Source: an uncultured delta proteobacterium (GTDB taxonomy: Bacteria; Desulfobacterota; RBG-13-43-22). From it: a stretch of DNA of 64,000 nucleotides. Under the pieces are notes generated by a model. The model did no database searches, was not told where the DNA came from, and saw only the letters and a program-made list of their open reading frames with translations. The stretch covers positions 96,001-160,000 of the forward strand of contig CAWJJC010000012.1 in NCBI GenBank assembly GCA_963843145.1, read 5' to 3'. This document shows, one piece after another, positions 1-9,230 of this stretch. Numbering within the stretch: position 1 is the first letter of the stretch; the number at the start of each line of letters is the position of its first letter. The position numbers and the translations under genes were made by a program.

Positions 1-485
1 GAGCGGAATATGAGCGCTTTGTGGCTGACGGAGTCCCGATGGGCCGACGGTCTGATTTAGTTGGCGGGGGGTTGATCCGCAGCGCCGGCGGTTGGTCCCA
101 GGTGCTGTCTCTGCGACGGCATAAACAGCGTATGGCCTCGGATGAGCGAATTCTGGGGAGCGGGGAGTTCATTGAGGAGGTCCTGTCCCAAGCGGAGAAA
201 CGGTTAGAGGAAACGCTCCGACTCAAAGCTCGGAAGGTTGAACTGGGTACCCTGGCCTCCCGGGTTTCCCGATCAGAAGGAATAGATTGGGACTTGGTTC
301 GGTCCGGAAGTCGAGCCGCTGAGGTAGTGAAGACCCGAAGACTTTTCTGTCAACTGGCAGTCAAAAAATTAGGATATTCGGGGGCGGAAGTAGCGCGCTA
401 CTTAGGAACAACGACGTCATCCGTTACCCGGTTGGCAAACGCCCCGGAAATGCCTGGCCTCTGTTACTCGAATTATGCAATATAG
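1..485 (+). CDS. REP-associated tyrosine transposase (RAYT, IS200/IS605 superfamily), C-terminal part; 5' end lies outside the window
   Basis: GRRSDLVGGGLIRSAGGWS and SDERILGSGEF motifs plus a C-terminal HTH (LGYSGAEVARYLG), as recalled for deltaproteobacterial RAYT-like transposases. Followed by CAACGTCCC at ~488-496. Confidence 0.75.
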   Translation, partial: AEYERFVADGVPMGRRSDLVGGGLIRSAGGWSQVLSLRRHKQRMASDERILGSGEFIEEVLSQAEKRLEETLRLKARKVELGTLASRVSRSEGIDWDLVRSGSRAAEVVKTRRLFCQLAVKKLGYSGAEVARYLGTTTSSVTRLANAPEMPGLCYSNYAI

Positions 486-558
486 AACCAACGTCCCATA
501 TTCACGGGTTTGTGCCGGAACGCTGGATTGAATGTTTCACTAAAAGGAGGTTATCAAA

Positions 559-822
559 ATGACTACTGTGATCGGGGTGCATGATGTGGATGACGTCGCT
601 CATTGGCTGAGTTCGACCAAACGAGCCGAGTTCTTCCATGCGCACGGGATGACTGTAAGGACGTTCGTCAATCCCGGACGGAGTAACCGGGTGGGGGTGA
701 TAATCGAGAACGTACCCAGTCTCGAGGTTCTCACTGAAGCCCTTCAGGGTGCCGATGCGGCCGAGGCAATGAAGCACGACGGCGTTCATCCGGAAACCGT
801 GGAGCTCTTCGTAGCGTCGTAG
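559..822 (+). CDS. Small hypothetical protein (putative gene cassette)
   Basis: 87 aa ORF with a strong AGGAGG RBS; attC site 8 nt after the stop. Confidence 0.7.
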   Translation: MTTVIGVHDVDDVAHWLSSTKRAEFFHAHGMTVRTFVNPGRSNRVGVIIENVPSLEVLTEALQGADAAEAMKHDGVHPETVELFVAS

Positions 823-829
823 CCATCCG

Positions 830-901
830 GCCTAACAATCGCATACAGTCGACCCGAAAACCGCTGCGCGGGTATCGGTCGACCGATGTGTGGCGTTGGC
901 G
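830..901 (+). mobile_element. attC site 1
   Basis: R'' GCCTAAC (830-836), imperfect inverted repeat (GTCGACC..GGTCGAC), R' GTTGGCG (895-901). Confidence 0.8.
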
Positions 902-980
902 CCGCCTGCGGCGTTGCCCCTATCGGGTCCATGTTCCGGCCGGCTCCGCCTACGGCGGCGCCAACCCGGCCATTGGACAC
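899..980 (+). repeat. Conserved structured element immediately after attC, copy 1
   Basis: Near-identical to 2533-2628. Nested hairpin GTCCA..GGCCGG..CCGCC-tac-GGCGG..CCGGCC..TGGAC. Confidence 0.8.
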
Positions 981-1098
981 CAATGTCACTTGCTTGCATG
1001 GCCTTCTGCCCCGCTAGCTGCGTGCCACGGGCCAACGCCCCATTACCATATACCTTTGAAGGTCTATTTTTTGAAAACTTATTTTGGACGAGTGTGAG

Positions 1099-2424
1099 AT
1101 GAACCCTATCTGTATAGTAGACGATGAATCTTCCATCTGTTCCACAGTAGCGAGCATCCTGAAGGACGAGGGGTATCAGTCCCTCATATTTCCGGATGCG
1201 GAGAAATTCTGGCAGAGGCTTGATACAATGGAGCCCGCTCTCGTCATGCTGGATATCTGGCTCCCAGGCACAGACGGTTTGCAGCTTCTGAAACGTCTGC
1301 ATGGCCGATTTCCCGCACTCCCCATCATCATGATGAGCGGACATGCCGGCATCGAGGCAGCGGTTGCCGCCATAAAGGCCGGTGCCTACGATTTTTTGGA
1401 AAAACCGCTGCATATGGAGGTATTACTCGACAAGGTGAAGTCTGCCCTTAAGCATCGACCTTCTATGAGTGGCGCGACCCTGCCTTCGGATACGAGGCTT
1501 GAGATCGTCAGCGCCGACCTTTTGATGCCTCCAGGCATGGTGGAGGCGGTGGATTCCCCCGAACCTCAACGCACTCTCAGAGGGAATGTTGTCCTTAACG
1601 GTATAGGGCTTCTGAGCGGCCGGAACACAGGTATCATTCTGAGCCCCCTTGGGACCAATGAAGGGATCGTTTTTCAAACTCTCGACGGTCAAACCATTCG
1701 TGGACATATCACCTCCTTAGAAAATTTCCCCCAAACTGTTTCATTGAAGACCTTCTCTGCCAACTCCACCACCCTGGACAACGGCAGGCAGCAGGTGCGT
1801 ACGGTTGAACACCTGATGGCGGTTCTTTCCATGTACGGCATAACCAACGTGCTCATAAAGGTCGACGACGAGGTGCCGAACATAGACGGCTCCGCTAAGG
1901 ACTTCTGTGATCTCATATTACAGGCAGGGATAGAAGAACAGCGAGCATTCACCAGGGTTGCTGTCATCCGCCAGAAGCTCGGAGTGGGAAACGAGGAGAG
2001 GCATGAAAAGCATCTCTATGCGGAGCCTTATGAAGGGTTCGAAATATCGATGAGGGTTGATTACCCCCCACCCATAGATGAACAGATTCTCACTTTTAAT
2101 CCTGAAAAAGAATCTTTTGCAAAAGAAATAGCCCCTGCTCGCTCATTCAACACTTTTGAGAATATCGAAATAGCTCAGAAGCTTGGGAAGGTCGGAGGCG
2201 GGTATCTCCATTCCCATATCATCATGTACGAAGGCAAGGTTATCAATACGGAGCTCCGTTATGCCGACGAGTTCGTGCGTCACAAGATATTGGACCTGAT
2301 CGGAGACCTCTACCTCCTCGGCTTCCCCATCAGAGGACGTATTACCGCCAACATGACCTCTCACAGTTACAATCAGGCCCTAGTGGAACGCTTGTACCAG
2401 GCTATCCAAAGCAGCTCCAGATGA
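1099..2424 (+). CDS. lpxC: Response-regulator receiver domain fused to UDP-3-O-acyl-N-acetylglucosamine deacetylase (REC-LpxC)
   Basis: N-terminal REC motifs (IVDDE, LDIWLPG, MSGH, FLEKP). C-terminal LpxC motifs QRTL, TVEHL, EVPNIDGSA, IAPARSF, RHKILDLIGDL. Confidence 0.9.
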   Translation: MNPICIVDDESSICSTVASILKDEGYQSLIFPDAEKFWQRLDTMEPALVMLDIWLPGTDGLQLLKRLHGRFPALPIIMMSGHAGIEAAVAAIKAGAYDFLEKPLHMEVLLDKVKSALKHRPSMSGATLPSDTRLEIVSADLLMPPGMVEAVDSPEPQRTLRGNVVLNGIGLLSGRNTGIILSPLGTNEGIVFQTLDGQTIRGHITSLENFPQTVSLKTFSANSTTLDNGRQQVRTVEHLMAVLSMYGITNVLIKVDDEVPNIDGSAKDFCDLILQAGIEEQRAFTRVAVIRQKLGVGNEERHEKHLYAEPYEGFEISMRVDYPPPIDEQILTFNPEKESFAKEIAPARSFNTFENIEIAQKLGKVGGGYLHSHIIMYEGKVINTELRYADEFVRHKILDLIGDLYLLGFPIRGRITANMTSHSYNQALVERLYQAIQSSSR

Positions 2425-2486
2425 AGGTGATAAATAACTTAAGCGGAAATATGCAGCAGGAAAATACAGCAAAGAATAAAAAAGTC

Positions 2487-2536
2487 CGTTAACAACTCGT
2501 TCGAGCCGATAGTCCGGCTCAACTCATCGGTTGCGC
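2487..2536 (+). mobile_element. attC site 2 (short, ~50 nt)
   Basis: CGTTAAC-AACTC-GTTCGAGCCG..CGGCTCAAC-TCATCG-GTTGCGC with an extrahelical base. Confidence 0.7.
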
Positions 2537-2628
2537 CACCTGCGGCGTCGTCAAGGCGGCGTTGCCCCTCTCGGGTCCATGTTCCGGTCGGCGCCGCCGC
2601 TGGCGGCACCAACCAGGCCATTGGACAC
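2533..2628 (+). repeat. Conserved structured element immediately after attC, copy 2
   Basis: Matches 899-980 with a 14-nt insertion and a few substitutions. Confidence 0.8.
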
Positions 2629-2650
2629 TGCAGGAGAGGAGGTGTTTTCA

Positions 2651-3097
2651 ATGAAATATCGTGAAATCTGGCATGAAATGATCATCAAAGCTACTCCCAG
2701 CGAGCTTTACCAAGCTTTGACCGATGTGAAAAAGCTAGCGCATTGGTGGACCACCGAGACGCGGGGCGAATCTGCTGTCGGAATGAAACTGGAATTCTGG
2801 TTTTATGGAAAATTCTTAAAGGAGATGGTTGTTACCACTCTGAAGGCTGATGAACTCGTGCGGTGGCGCGCAACTGAGCGGAGCGATCCTGATTGGGTCG
2901 ACACCGAAATTGAATGGAAAATCTTCCGCGAAGGCGACAAAACGTTTCTTCACCTTCGCCACTCAAAATGGCGCGAGGATGCCAAATTTTTCCCTCAGTC
3001 CTCAATGCACTGGGTGCTTTTCATGCTTAGCCTCAAGGAATTTGTCGAGACGGGCAAAGGCCGTCCGCATCCTTATGACATGCCGGTGGGCCTATAA
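2651..3097 (+). CDS. SRPBCC/AHSA1 (START-like) domain protein, cassette
   Basis: GGAGG RBS before the ATG at 2651; ATPSELYQALT..LAHWW and W..FMLSLKEFVETGKG pattern. Confidence 0.85.
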   Translation: MKYREIWHEMIIKATPSELYQALTDVKKLAHWWTTETRGESAVGMKLEFWFYGKFLKEMVVTTLKADELVRWRATERSDPDWVDTEIEWKIFREGDKTFLHLRHSKWREDAKFFPQSSMHWVLFMLSLKEFVETGKGRPHPYDMPVGL

Positions 3098-3143
3098 AGT
3101 CCTTCTGAAGGTGTGTAATTGACAAAGGTGACAAAGCAGAATA

Positions 3144-3200
3144 GCCCAACTTGCCGTTGGAGCCGGCCTCGTACCTTGGCGGCTCAACTCTCCGTTATAC
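3144..3200 (+). mobile_element. attC site 3
   Basis: GCCCAAC..GTTGGAGCCG..CGGCTCAAC..GTTATAC, 57 nt. Confidence 0.85.
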
Positions 3201-3292
3201 GAAATAGCAATATCAATATGCCCGATGACGGACAGGCAATAAGGTTCTGCAATATGCCGGAACCGCGCGAAGTAATGAGGTGGTCATAAGAA

Positions 3293-3772
3293 ATGGAAAC
3301 TGAAGTGAAACACCTGGAAGATGAGCAACTGGCAAACGGCGTTGTGGTACGTTTTTATGATGAATCCCGCAGGGTGGCCGGTGATCGCTGGCAGGTTAGA
3401 GTGCGCTACGATGCCGTGGTCTCGGTCTCTGAAACATTTTGGAGTCTGGTGAGTGGAGAGCCGGAATTGATTGAGGAGATTCGTGCCGCCTTAGGGGGGG
3501 AGATTGTCCTTACCAACGTCAATGAGCGGAATTTTATTTCAGCGGAGGAAAAGGAGGTGTTGGTTGCCGAAATAGTCAGCCGAGCTCGGAAAAATATCTT
3601 CGGCTATCTCGCTGATCCTGGATTTCCCGAGCGATATTTTAAACGCTGTTTTAAGGAGGCGCGCGAGGAAATTGAGCGGAAAAAGAGAGAGGTGTGGGTT
3701 CCGGACAACGAAGATGTTGAAGAGCCCGTTGATTTTTCCCATCTTTTTTCAGATGTGAAAAAGAGCGAATAA
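3293..3772 (+). CDS. Hypothetical protein
   Basis: 159 aa ORF with GAGG RBS; contains YDESRRVAGDRWQV. Confidence 0.7.
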   Translation: METEVKHLEDEQLANGVVVRFYDESRRVAGDRWQVRVRYDAVVSVSETFWSLVSGEPELIEEIRAALGGEIVLTNVNERNFISAEEKEVLVAEIVSRARKNIFGYLADPGFPERYFKRCFKEAREEIERKKREVWVPDNEDVEEPVDFSHLFSDVKKSE

Positions 3773-3878
3773 CGCAAATCAATTCAGGGGGCATCTTACT
3801 TTATTTTAACCAAACAACCCACCGATTGAACCGGTGATTTTATCGTTGGCGGGTAAAAAAGGAAGGAATACGAAGCAC

Positions 3879-4391
3879 ATGAATCTGAAGATCGGTATCA
3901 GGAGCGAAACCGAGGCCGATGTGAGCGCAATAACCGAGGTGACTGTCGCCGCATTTAAGACCCTGGAGATCAGCAATCACACGGAGCAATTTATTATATT
4001 GGCACTACGCGCCGCCAAGGCCCTCACGATATCGCTGGTTGCGGAAATGGATGGCCGTGTAATTGGTCATATAGCCTTCTCTCCCCTGACCATTTCGGAC
4101 GGCACTCGAAATTGGTATGGCCTGGGACCTGTTTCGGTGTTGCCGGAGTATCAGCGGCAGGGCATGGGCCAGGCCCTGATACGGGAAGGGCTGTCACGGC
4201 TGAAAGATATGAACGCTCAAGGATGTTGTCTCGTGGGACACCCGGATTACTACAAGAAATTCGGGTTCAAGAACATGTCCGGACTTGAGCTTGAGGGAGT
4301 GCCACAGGAGGTCTTCTTCGCTCTGTCTTTCGATGGGCATACTCCGCAGGGCACTGTCACTTTTCACGACGGATTCAAGGCGGACGGCTAA
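3879..4391 (+). CDS. GNAT family N-acetyltransferase (YhbS-like), cassette
   Basis: GHIAFSP, LGPVSVLPEYQRQGMG and GHPDYYKKFGF motifs; the TAA stop overlaps the attC R'' box. Confidence 0.9.
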   Translation: MNLKIGIRSETEADVSAITEVTVAAFKTLEISNHTEQFIILALRAAKALTISLVAEMDGRVIGHIAFSPLTISDGTRNWYGLGPVSVLPEYQRQGMGQALIREGLSRLKDMNAQGCCLVGHPDYYKKFGFKNMSGLELEGVPQEVFFALSFDGHTPQGTVTFHDGFKADG

Positions 4392-4467
4392 CAAGCACCT
4401 CGACACGTACCCTTAAAGGCCGCTGTGGACGGCAGCCTTTGAGGTCCGGTCAGGCGCGACGTTAGGT
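4386..4467 (+). mobile_element. attC site 4
   Basis: GGCTAAC (overlaps the GNAT stop) ... CCT(C)GAC..GTCAGG ... GTTAGGT. Confidence 0.85.
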
Positions 4468-4566
4468 GACTCCTCACGCTGTATCTGCTCGAAACACAGG
4501 CGCCGTACGTTGTGATGCTCAAAATAAGATCAAGAATATAGAAGGGAAAGAGAGAGTCTCGGGGCA

Positions 4567-5127
4567 TTGTTACCTGAACTGAATATAGGCTGGGGATATG
4601 CGTGGTGGTTTCCATCTGCTTACGCGTTGATCACGATCTCAATCGTGGCGATTTATGGTAAGGAGTTTTTAAAGAGATTCTTCCGTTTTCCCAAGTCCGA
4701 TTCCATCAAGCACAAGATACCTGTTGCCCTCGGTGCTGCCTTATTTGGCAGAGCGATCATGATCTATTCGATCTTTGTGCCTCTCGACCTGAACACCCTA
4801 TGGCTCTGGATCGGGGTATTCATCTTTGTTGTCGGTGCCCTCCTAACAGCCATTGCCATGCTCAACTTTGCTACAACTTCCCAAGATCAACCTGTTAGAA
4901 AGGGCCTGTATCGATTTTCGAGAAACCCCATACAGGTACTGGCTATTATCATGTGGATAGGTGTCGGGATAGCCACAGTATCATGGATCATATTTGGGGC
5001 CTGCCTGCTCCTCGCCATCGTATCCTATCCGTCGATTCGGGCACAGGAGCGCTATTGCCTTGAAACATATGGGGATGCCTACCGAGAATATATGGAGTCC
5101 ACGCCGCGCTATTTGCTGTTCGGCTAA
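4567..5127 (+). CDS. Isoprenylcysteine carboxylmethyltransferase/PEMT family membrane protein
   Basis: Hydrophobic helices; GLYRFSRNP and E...YGDAYREY..TPRY motifs. Confidence 0.8.
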   Translation: MLPELNIGWGYAWWFPSAYALITISIVAIYGKEFLKRFFRFPKSDSIKHKIPVALGAALFGRAIMIYSIFVPLDLNTLWLWIGVFIFVVGALLTAIAMLNFATTSQDQPVRKGLYRFSRNPIQVLAIIMWIGVGIATVSWIIFGACLLLAIVSYPSIRAQERYCLETYGDAYREYMESTPRYLLFG

Positions 5128-5159
5128 GAACCCTCAGAGTCATCAGACTAGGAGATCAT

Positions 5160-6539
5160 ATGAAGATCACTGTTCTGAATGGAAGTCCCAAGGGCGAGTT
5201 GAGCATAACACTCCAGTATGTGCACTTCCTTCAAAACAAGTTCTCGCAGCATGAGCTAAAAGTCTTTCATGTTGCACAGCGTATCAAAAAGCTCGAGAAG
5301 GATGAGAAGGCCTTTCGGGAGATCATCGAGGAAGTCAGGTCGTCTGATGGTATCTTGTGGGCGTTTGGCGTCTTTGTTCTTGCTGCACCCTCTCAGTACA
5401 TGAGGTTCGTTGAGCTGATTTCCGATAGGGGCATGGAAGACGCCTTCAAGGGCAAGTATGCAGCGGTTCTCACCACTTCGATTCACTTCTTTGACCACAC
5501 AGCTCACAACTATATGAGGGCCGTTTGTGAAGACCTTAATATGATATATGCGGACGGGCTATCTCTGTATCTGCAGGACCTGACTGACAAGCGCAGAAGA
5601 CAAGACCTCATAGCTTTTGCTGAAAACTTCTTTGAGGCAATTGAGAAGAGGTTCACCATTGCCCGACTTTTCAGGACACTATCGTTCACCAATTTTGTCT
5701 ATGAGCCCTCGCTTCCGGAGAAAAAGATATCCACAAAGGGCAAAAATGTTGTTGTCCTCACAGATGCGTTTGACAGCAATTCGAACTTAGGAAAGATGAT
5801 TGACGGATTCAAGCGGTCTTTTGCGGAGGAGATCGAAGTAATCGATCTGAACGATATCGACATCAGAGGCGGTTGCTTAGGCTGTATGCGATGCGGATAC
5901 GACTATACGTGTGTTCAAAAGGATGGGTTTGCCGACTTCTACAACAGTCGAGTTATGACTGCAAATATCATTGTGTTTGCTGGAGAAGTCAGGGGCCCAT
6001 ATTTATCCTCGAAATGGAAGGAATTCTATGACCGCGCCTTCTTCTGGAACCATACACCGTCTTTGGCCGGCAAGCAAATGGGGTACATCATCTCAGGGCC
6101 TTTGAGTCACACGCCGAATCTCATCCAAATTCTCGAAGCCTCTTCCACCACACGGCAGGATGCCAATCACGCAGATATAGTCACCGATGAGTGTGAGAAC
6201 TCGGCTGATCTCGACGCCTTGTTACAGAGTTTTGCGGAGCGGTTGGTCAGTTTTGCCGAAAAGGGGTACGTTAGACCGCAGAACTTCCTTGGTGTTGGGG
6301 GACATAAGGTTTTTAGAGACAATATCTGGGGAAGGCTCCGCATGATTTGGCAGGCAGATCATAGATACTATAAGAGGCATGGTAAGTATGATTTTCCACA
6401 GAAAGAGCTCAAAGTGTGGATCGCCAACCCCATCATGATGGCATTGACAAAAATCCCCAGGTTTAGAAAGAACTTCTACGCGAACCTAACGAAATTCTCC
6501 AGTGGACGATTGAAGAAGATCGCTGAGAGAAAGGATTGA
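5160..6539 (+). CDS. NAD(P)H-dependent oxidoreductase / iron-sulfur flavoprotein with two flavodoxin-like domains
   Basis: MKITVLNGSPKG start; CLGCMRC..C cysteine motif. Confidence 0.8.
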   Translation: MKITVLNGSPKGELSITLQYVHFLQNKFSQHELKVFHVAQRIKKLEKDEKAFREIIEEVRSSDGILWAFGVFVLAAPSQYMRFVELISDRGMEDAFKGKYAAVLTTSIHFFDHTAHNYMRAVCEDLNMIYADGLSLYLQDLTDKRRRQDLIAFAENFFEAIEKRFTIARLFRTLSFTNFVYEPSLPEKKISTKGKNVVVLTDAFDSNSNLGKMIDGFKRSFAEEIEVIDLNDIDIRGGCLGCMRCGYDYTCVQKDGFADFYNSRVMTANIIVFAGEVRGPYLSSKWKEFYDRAFFWNHTPSLAGKQMGYIISGPLSHTPNLIQILEASSTTRQDANHADIVTDECENSADLDALLQSFAERLVSFAEKGYVRPQNFLGVGGHKVFRDNIWGRLRMIWQADHRYYKRHGKYDFPQKELKVWIANPIMMALTKIPRFRKNFYANLTKFSSGRLKKIAERKD

Positions 6540-6574
6540 AGTTAGGTGAACAGTACTCGTCCAGGGAGAAGGCC

Positions 6575-6632
6575 ACATAATTAGCTGTTGGAGCCGACCT
6601 CGGAAACTCGGCGGCTCAACTCCGTATTCGGC
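6575..6632 (+). mobile_element. attC site 5 (non-canonical AAT/ATT core)
   Basis: ACATAAT..GTTGGAGCCGACCTCGGAAACTCGGCGGCTCAAC..ATTCGGC; inner stem very similar to attC 3. Confidence 0.7.
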
Positions 6633-6644
6633 AGGAGAATCGAG

Positions 6645-7520
6645 ATGGCAGACACACTTCACATCACGAGTGGTGATAGCGCAGGCGGAAGTCTGGCAAA
6701 GGCCGGACTTCCCGGGGAAGTATTCGTCTGGCACGACATTCTATACGATGGTCCCCGGAATCCCGGGTGGCCGAATGAAGACACTCTCGGCGCTCGCGCG
6801 CTGTTTCTGGAAGAAACCACCGCAGGTGGGTTGGATAGGGAGCGCGTTCTGGAAACACTGCGCAGCCAGTACCGGAAGCTGGCGGAAGCAGCAACCCACG
6901 AACGTATCGTCCTGTGGTTCGACGCGTGCCTTTTTGATCAGTCCATGCTCGCCCATATTCTTACCTGCCTGCACCACAGGGGCATCTTGAAAGTGGAACT
7001 CCTTTGCGTCGACGCATTCCCCGGGATCGTAACCTATCACGGACTTGGACAACTGCTGCCGGAGCAACTGGCATCCGTCTATGACAACCGACTTCCCGTC
7101 ACCGAAGAGCAATTCAGCTTTGCGGTCCTCGTCGACAAGGCCTTCGCAACTCAGAACTCAGCCATGTTGACGGAATTATCGGCAATGACAAAGGCTCCCT
7201 TGCCGTGGATTCCCGCCGCCGTAAAGCGATGGATCCAGGAGCAGCCTGACCCGAAAAGCGGGTTGGGCCGACTTGAGCGTCTCGCCTTGGCGGCAGTCCG
7301 AGGCGGGTGCGAAACACCGGGCAAGATCTTCGGATTCGTGGCTGCCGCTGATACGCCGCCGCAGTTCTGGGGAGATACGACACTGTGGGCCAAGATAAAC
7401 GGACTGGCGGACTGTGTACCTCCACTCGTGCGGATCGAAGGTCCCACCGACAGATTGCCTCAATGGGAAAGTGAGGTGTCGCTCAAGGACTTCAAGATCA
7501 AAGCTTTGCCGAACCAATAA
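6645..7520 (+). CDS. DUF1835 domain protein, cassette
   Basis: LHITSGDS, W.D.L..GP, IVLWFD.CLFDQ and FWGD motifs; AGGAG RBS. Confidence 0.8.
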   Translation: MADTLHITSGDSAGGSLAKAGLPGEVFVWHDILYDGPRNPGWPNEDTLGARALFLEETTAGGLDRERVLETLRSQYRKLAEAATHERIVLWFDACLFDQSMLAHILTCLHHRGILKVELLCVDAFPGIVTYHGLGQLLPEQLASVYDNRLPVTEEQFSFAVLVDKAFATQNSAMLTELSAMTKAPLPWIPAAVKRWIQEQPDPKSGLGRLERLALAAVRGGCETPGKIFGFVAAADTPPQFWGDTTLWAKINGLADCVPPLVRIEGPTDRLPQWESEVSLKDFKIKALPNQ

Positions 7521-7566
7521 GGATTGAGACGATCCTGAAAGGACGTTTCAATCCATTGCGCGATGC
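7508..7566 (+). mobile_element. Degenerate attC site 6 (end of array)
   Basis: GCCGAAC at the gene end and a GGATTGA..TCAATCC stem, but no GTT in R'. Confidence 0.5.
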
Positions 7567-7753
7567 AAAAGGCCAAGTCTTTTATTAACAAGCATGGCAG
7601 CCTCTTGCACTGGTGACCGGCAACGTAAATGCAGATTTGTAGGTTACTTGCCCCTAAAGATCAAAAAATGGGCGCCGGCCGGGTTACCGTCACGGCGCCG
7701 GAAAGTCCAATACTTAAAAGGTGGGCCTTCTTGTTGGGCGGCTAACTCCGTGG

Positions 7754-9043
7754 TTACGGTTTCGTGCAGGCCTGATAGATATTTGCAAAGAGTTCCGGTA
7801 TAAGCTTGTTGGGTGTGGCCGAGAAGGCCACCCGGAGCAAATCGGGTTCAACCGATATAACCCCGGTGTCGTATTGGGCGAGCAGCTTTTTTCGGACGGC
7901 CTCGGGGTCGGCGTTTTTGAGCCTGAGGCACATGAAATAGCCACTGTTATAGGGGAGGGCCTGGAAAGCCTCCCCATAGGTACCGGCCTGGATAGCCTTG
8001 GTAACCGTCTCATACCTGGAACGCAGGAGGTCGTTCTTCTGCTGTTTTTCCGACCAGTATTCCGGGTCCTGGTAGGCCTTGGTCAGCAACGATTGGCCGA
8101 GGTGCGACATATTGGAAGCATCGGCCCGGATGGCTCCGGCTGTCTTGGCCTCCAGGGCGCTGTAGATTTTCTTTTTATCTCCCGGTCCCCCCACTCCGTA
8201 GGTGATAAAGCCGATCCGAAAGCCCCAGACATAATCTTCTTTGGTCGGACCGTCGAGTTTGACGGCGACCACCCGCTCGTGCAGGTCGGCCAGTTTTGAA
8301 AACAACGATTCCGTCAGGATGCCTTTTTCGTAAACCAGGCCGAAGTAGGCATCGTCCACCAGGACCACCAGACTCTTCCCCCGATCGGCCGCCCCCCGGA
8401 TCACCTTGACGATCTCGGCCGCCTCCTCGATAGTCGGCGTATAGCCGGTGGGGTTGTTGGGAAAATTCAGCAACAGCAAGGCCTTGGATTGACCTTTGAG
8501 GGCATCCGCCAGGCCGGAGCGGTTGAACCCCTGGCCGGAGAACAGATCAAAGCTCCTCATCCGGGCCCCTTTTTTGGAAAGGAACATCAGGTCATAGTTT
8601 TCCCAGTAGGGGGCGGGTATGATCATCTCGTCCCCCCGGTTCAGGAAAAGCTCGGCAACGGTGCTCAGACCATGGGTCAGGGCCCCGGTAACAATCGGCT
8701 CGCTGAACTCCTTGCCGGTCAAGCCCGGGTTCTTTTTAAGCAGCATCCCCTTCCAGATTTCCCGCAGTTCCTTCTTCCCGGGACTGGGCGCGTAAGGATA
8801 GACTTCTTTGGGCTGGAGTTGGCCAAGATACTTGTGAATGGTTTGAAGATACATGGGTTGGCCGTTCTCTTCCAGCGCAATCCCGATCGTCGCGTTGATC
8901 CGCTTCCCGGCCGCTTCCGCCGACTGTGAAAGTATGCCTAACTTGGGGAAAAAAAGAGCCTGCCCGGCTTCCGAGAGAAGGTCAACCAGGTAGGGATTCT
9001 CTCCCGTCAAGGTTTCATTTAGAGTTTTCGCCTGTGGGTCCAT
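7754..9043 (-). CDS. PLP-dependent aminotransferase class I/II
   Basis: NFPNNPTG, DDAY and GPTKE..WGFRIG motifs. Confidence 0.9.
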   Translation of the reverse strand: MDPQAKTLNETLTGENPYLVDLLSEAGQALFFPKLGILSQSAEAAGKRINATIGIALEENGQPMYLQTIHKYLGQLQPKEVYPYAPSPGKKELREIWKGMLLKKNPGLTGKEFSEPIVTGALTHGLSTVAELFLNRGDEMIIPAPYWENYDLMFLSKKGARMRSFDLFSGQGFNRSGLADALKGQSKALLLLNFPNNPTGYTPTIEEAAEIVKVIRGAADRGKSLVVLVDDAYFGLVYEKGILTESLFSKLADLHERVVAVKLDGPTKEDYVWGFRIGFITYGVGGPGDKKKIYSALEAKTAGAIRADASNMSHLGQSLLTKAYQDPEYWSEKQQKNDLLRSRYETVTKAIQAGTYGEAFQALPYNSGYFMCLRLKNADPEAVRKKLLAQYDTGVISVEPDLLRVAFSATPNKLIPELFANIYQACTKP

Positions 9044-9230
9044 CCGGATCTCCTTGAAAATTATTTAAATTTTCCCAAGTATAGTAAAAAAAAGGCGAAC
9101 AACCAAACTTTTTTTGATACCTGGTACATCCTGCCCTTCCATTTGATGAGGAAATCTATCTGAGTCCGCTGCCCAAACGAAAGTTGACTTTTTCCTCCCG
9201 CTTAGTTAGGTTCTAAAGGTAACCTAAAAT

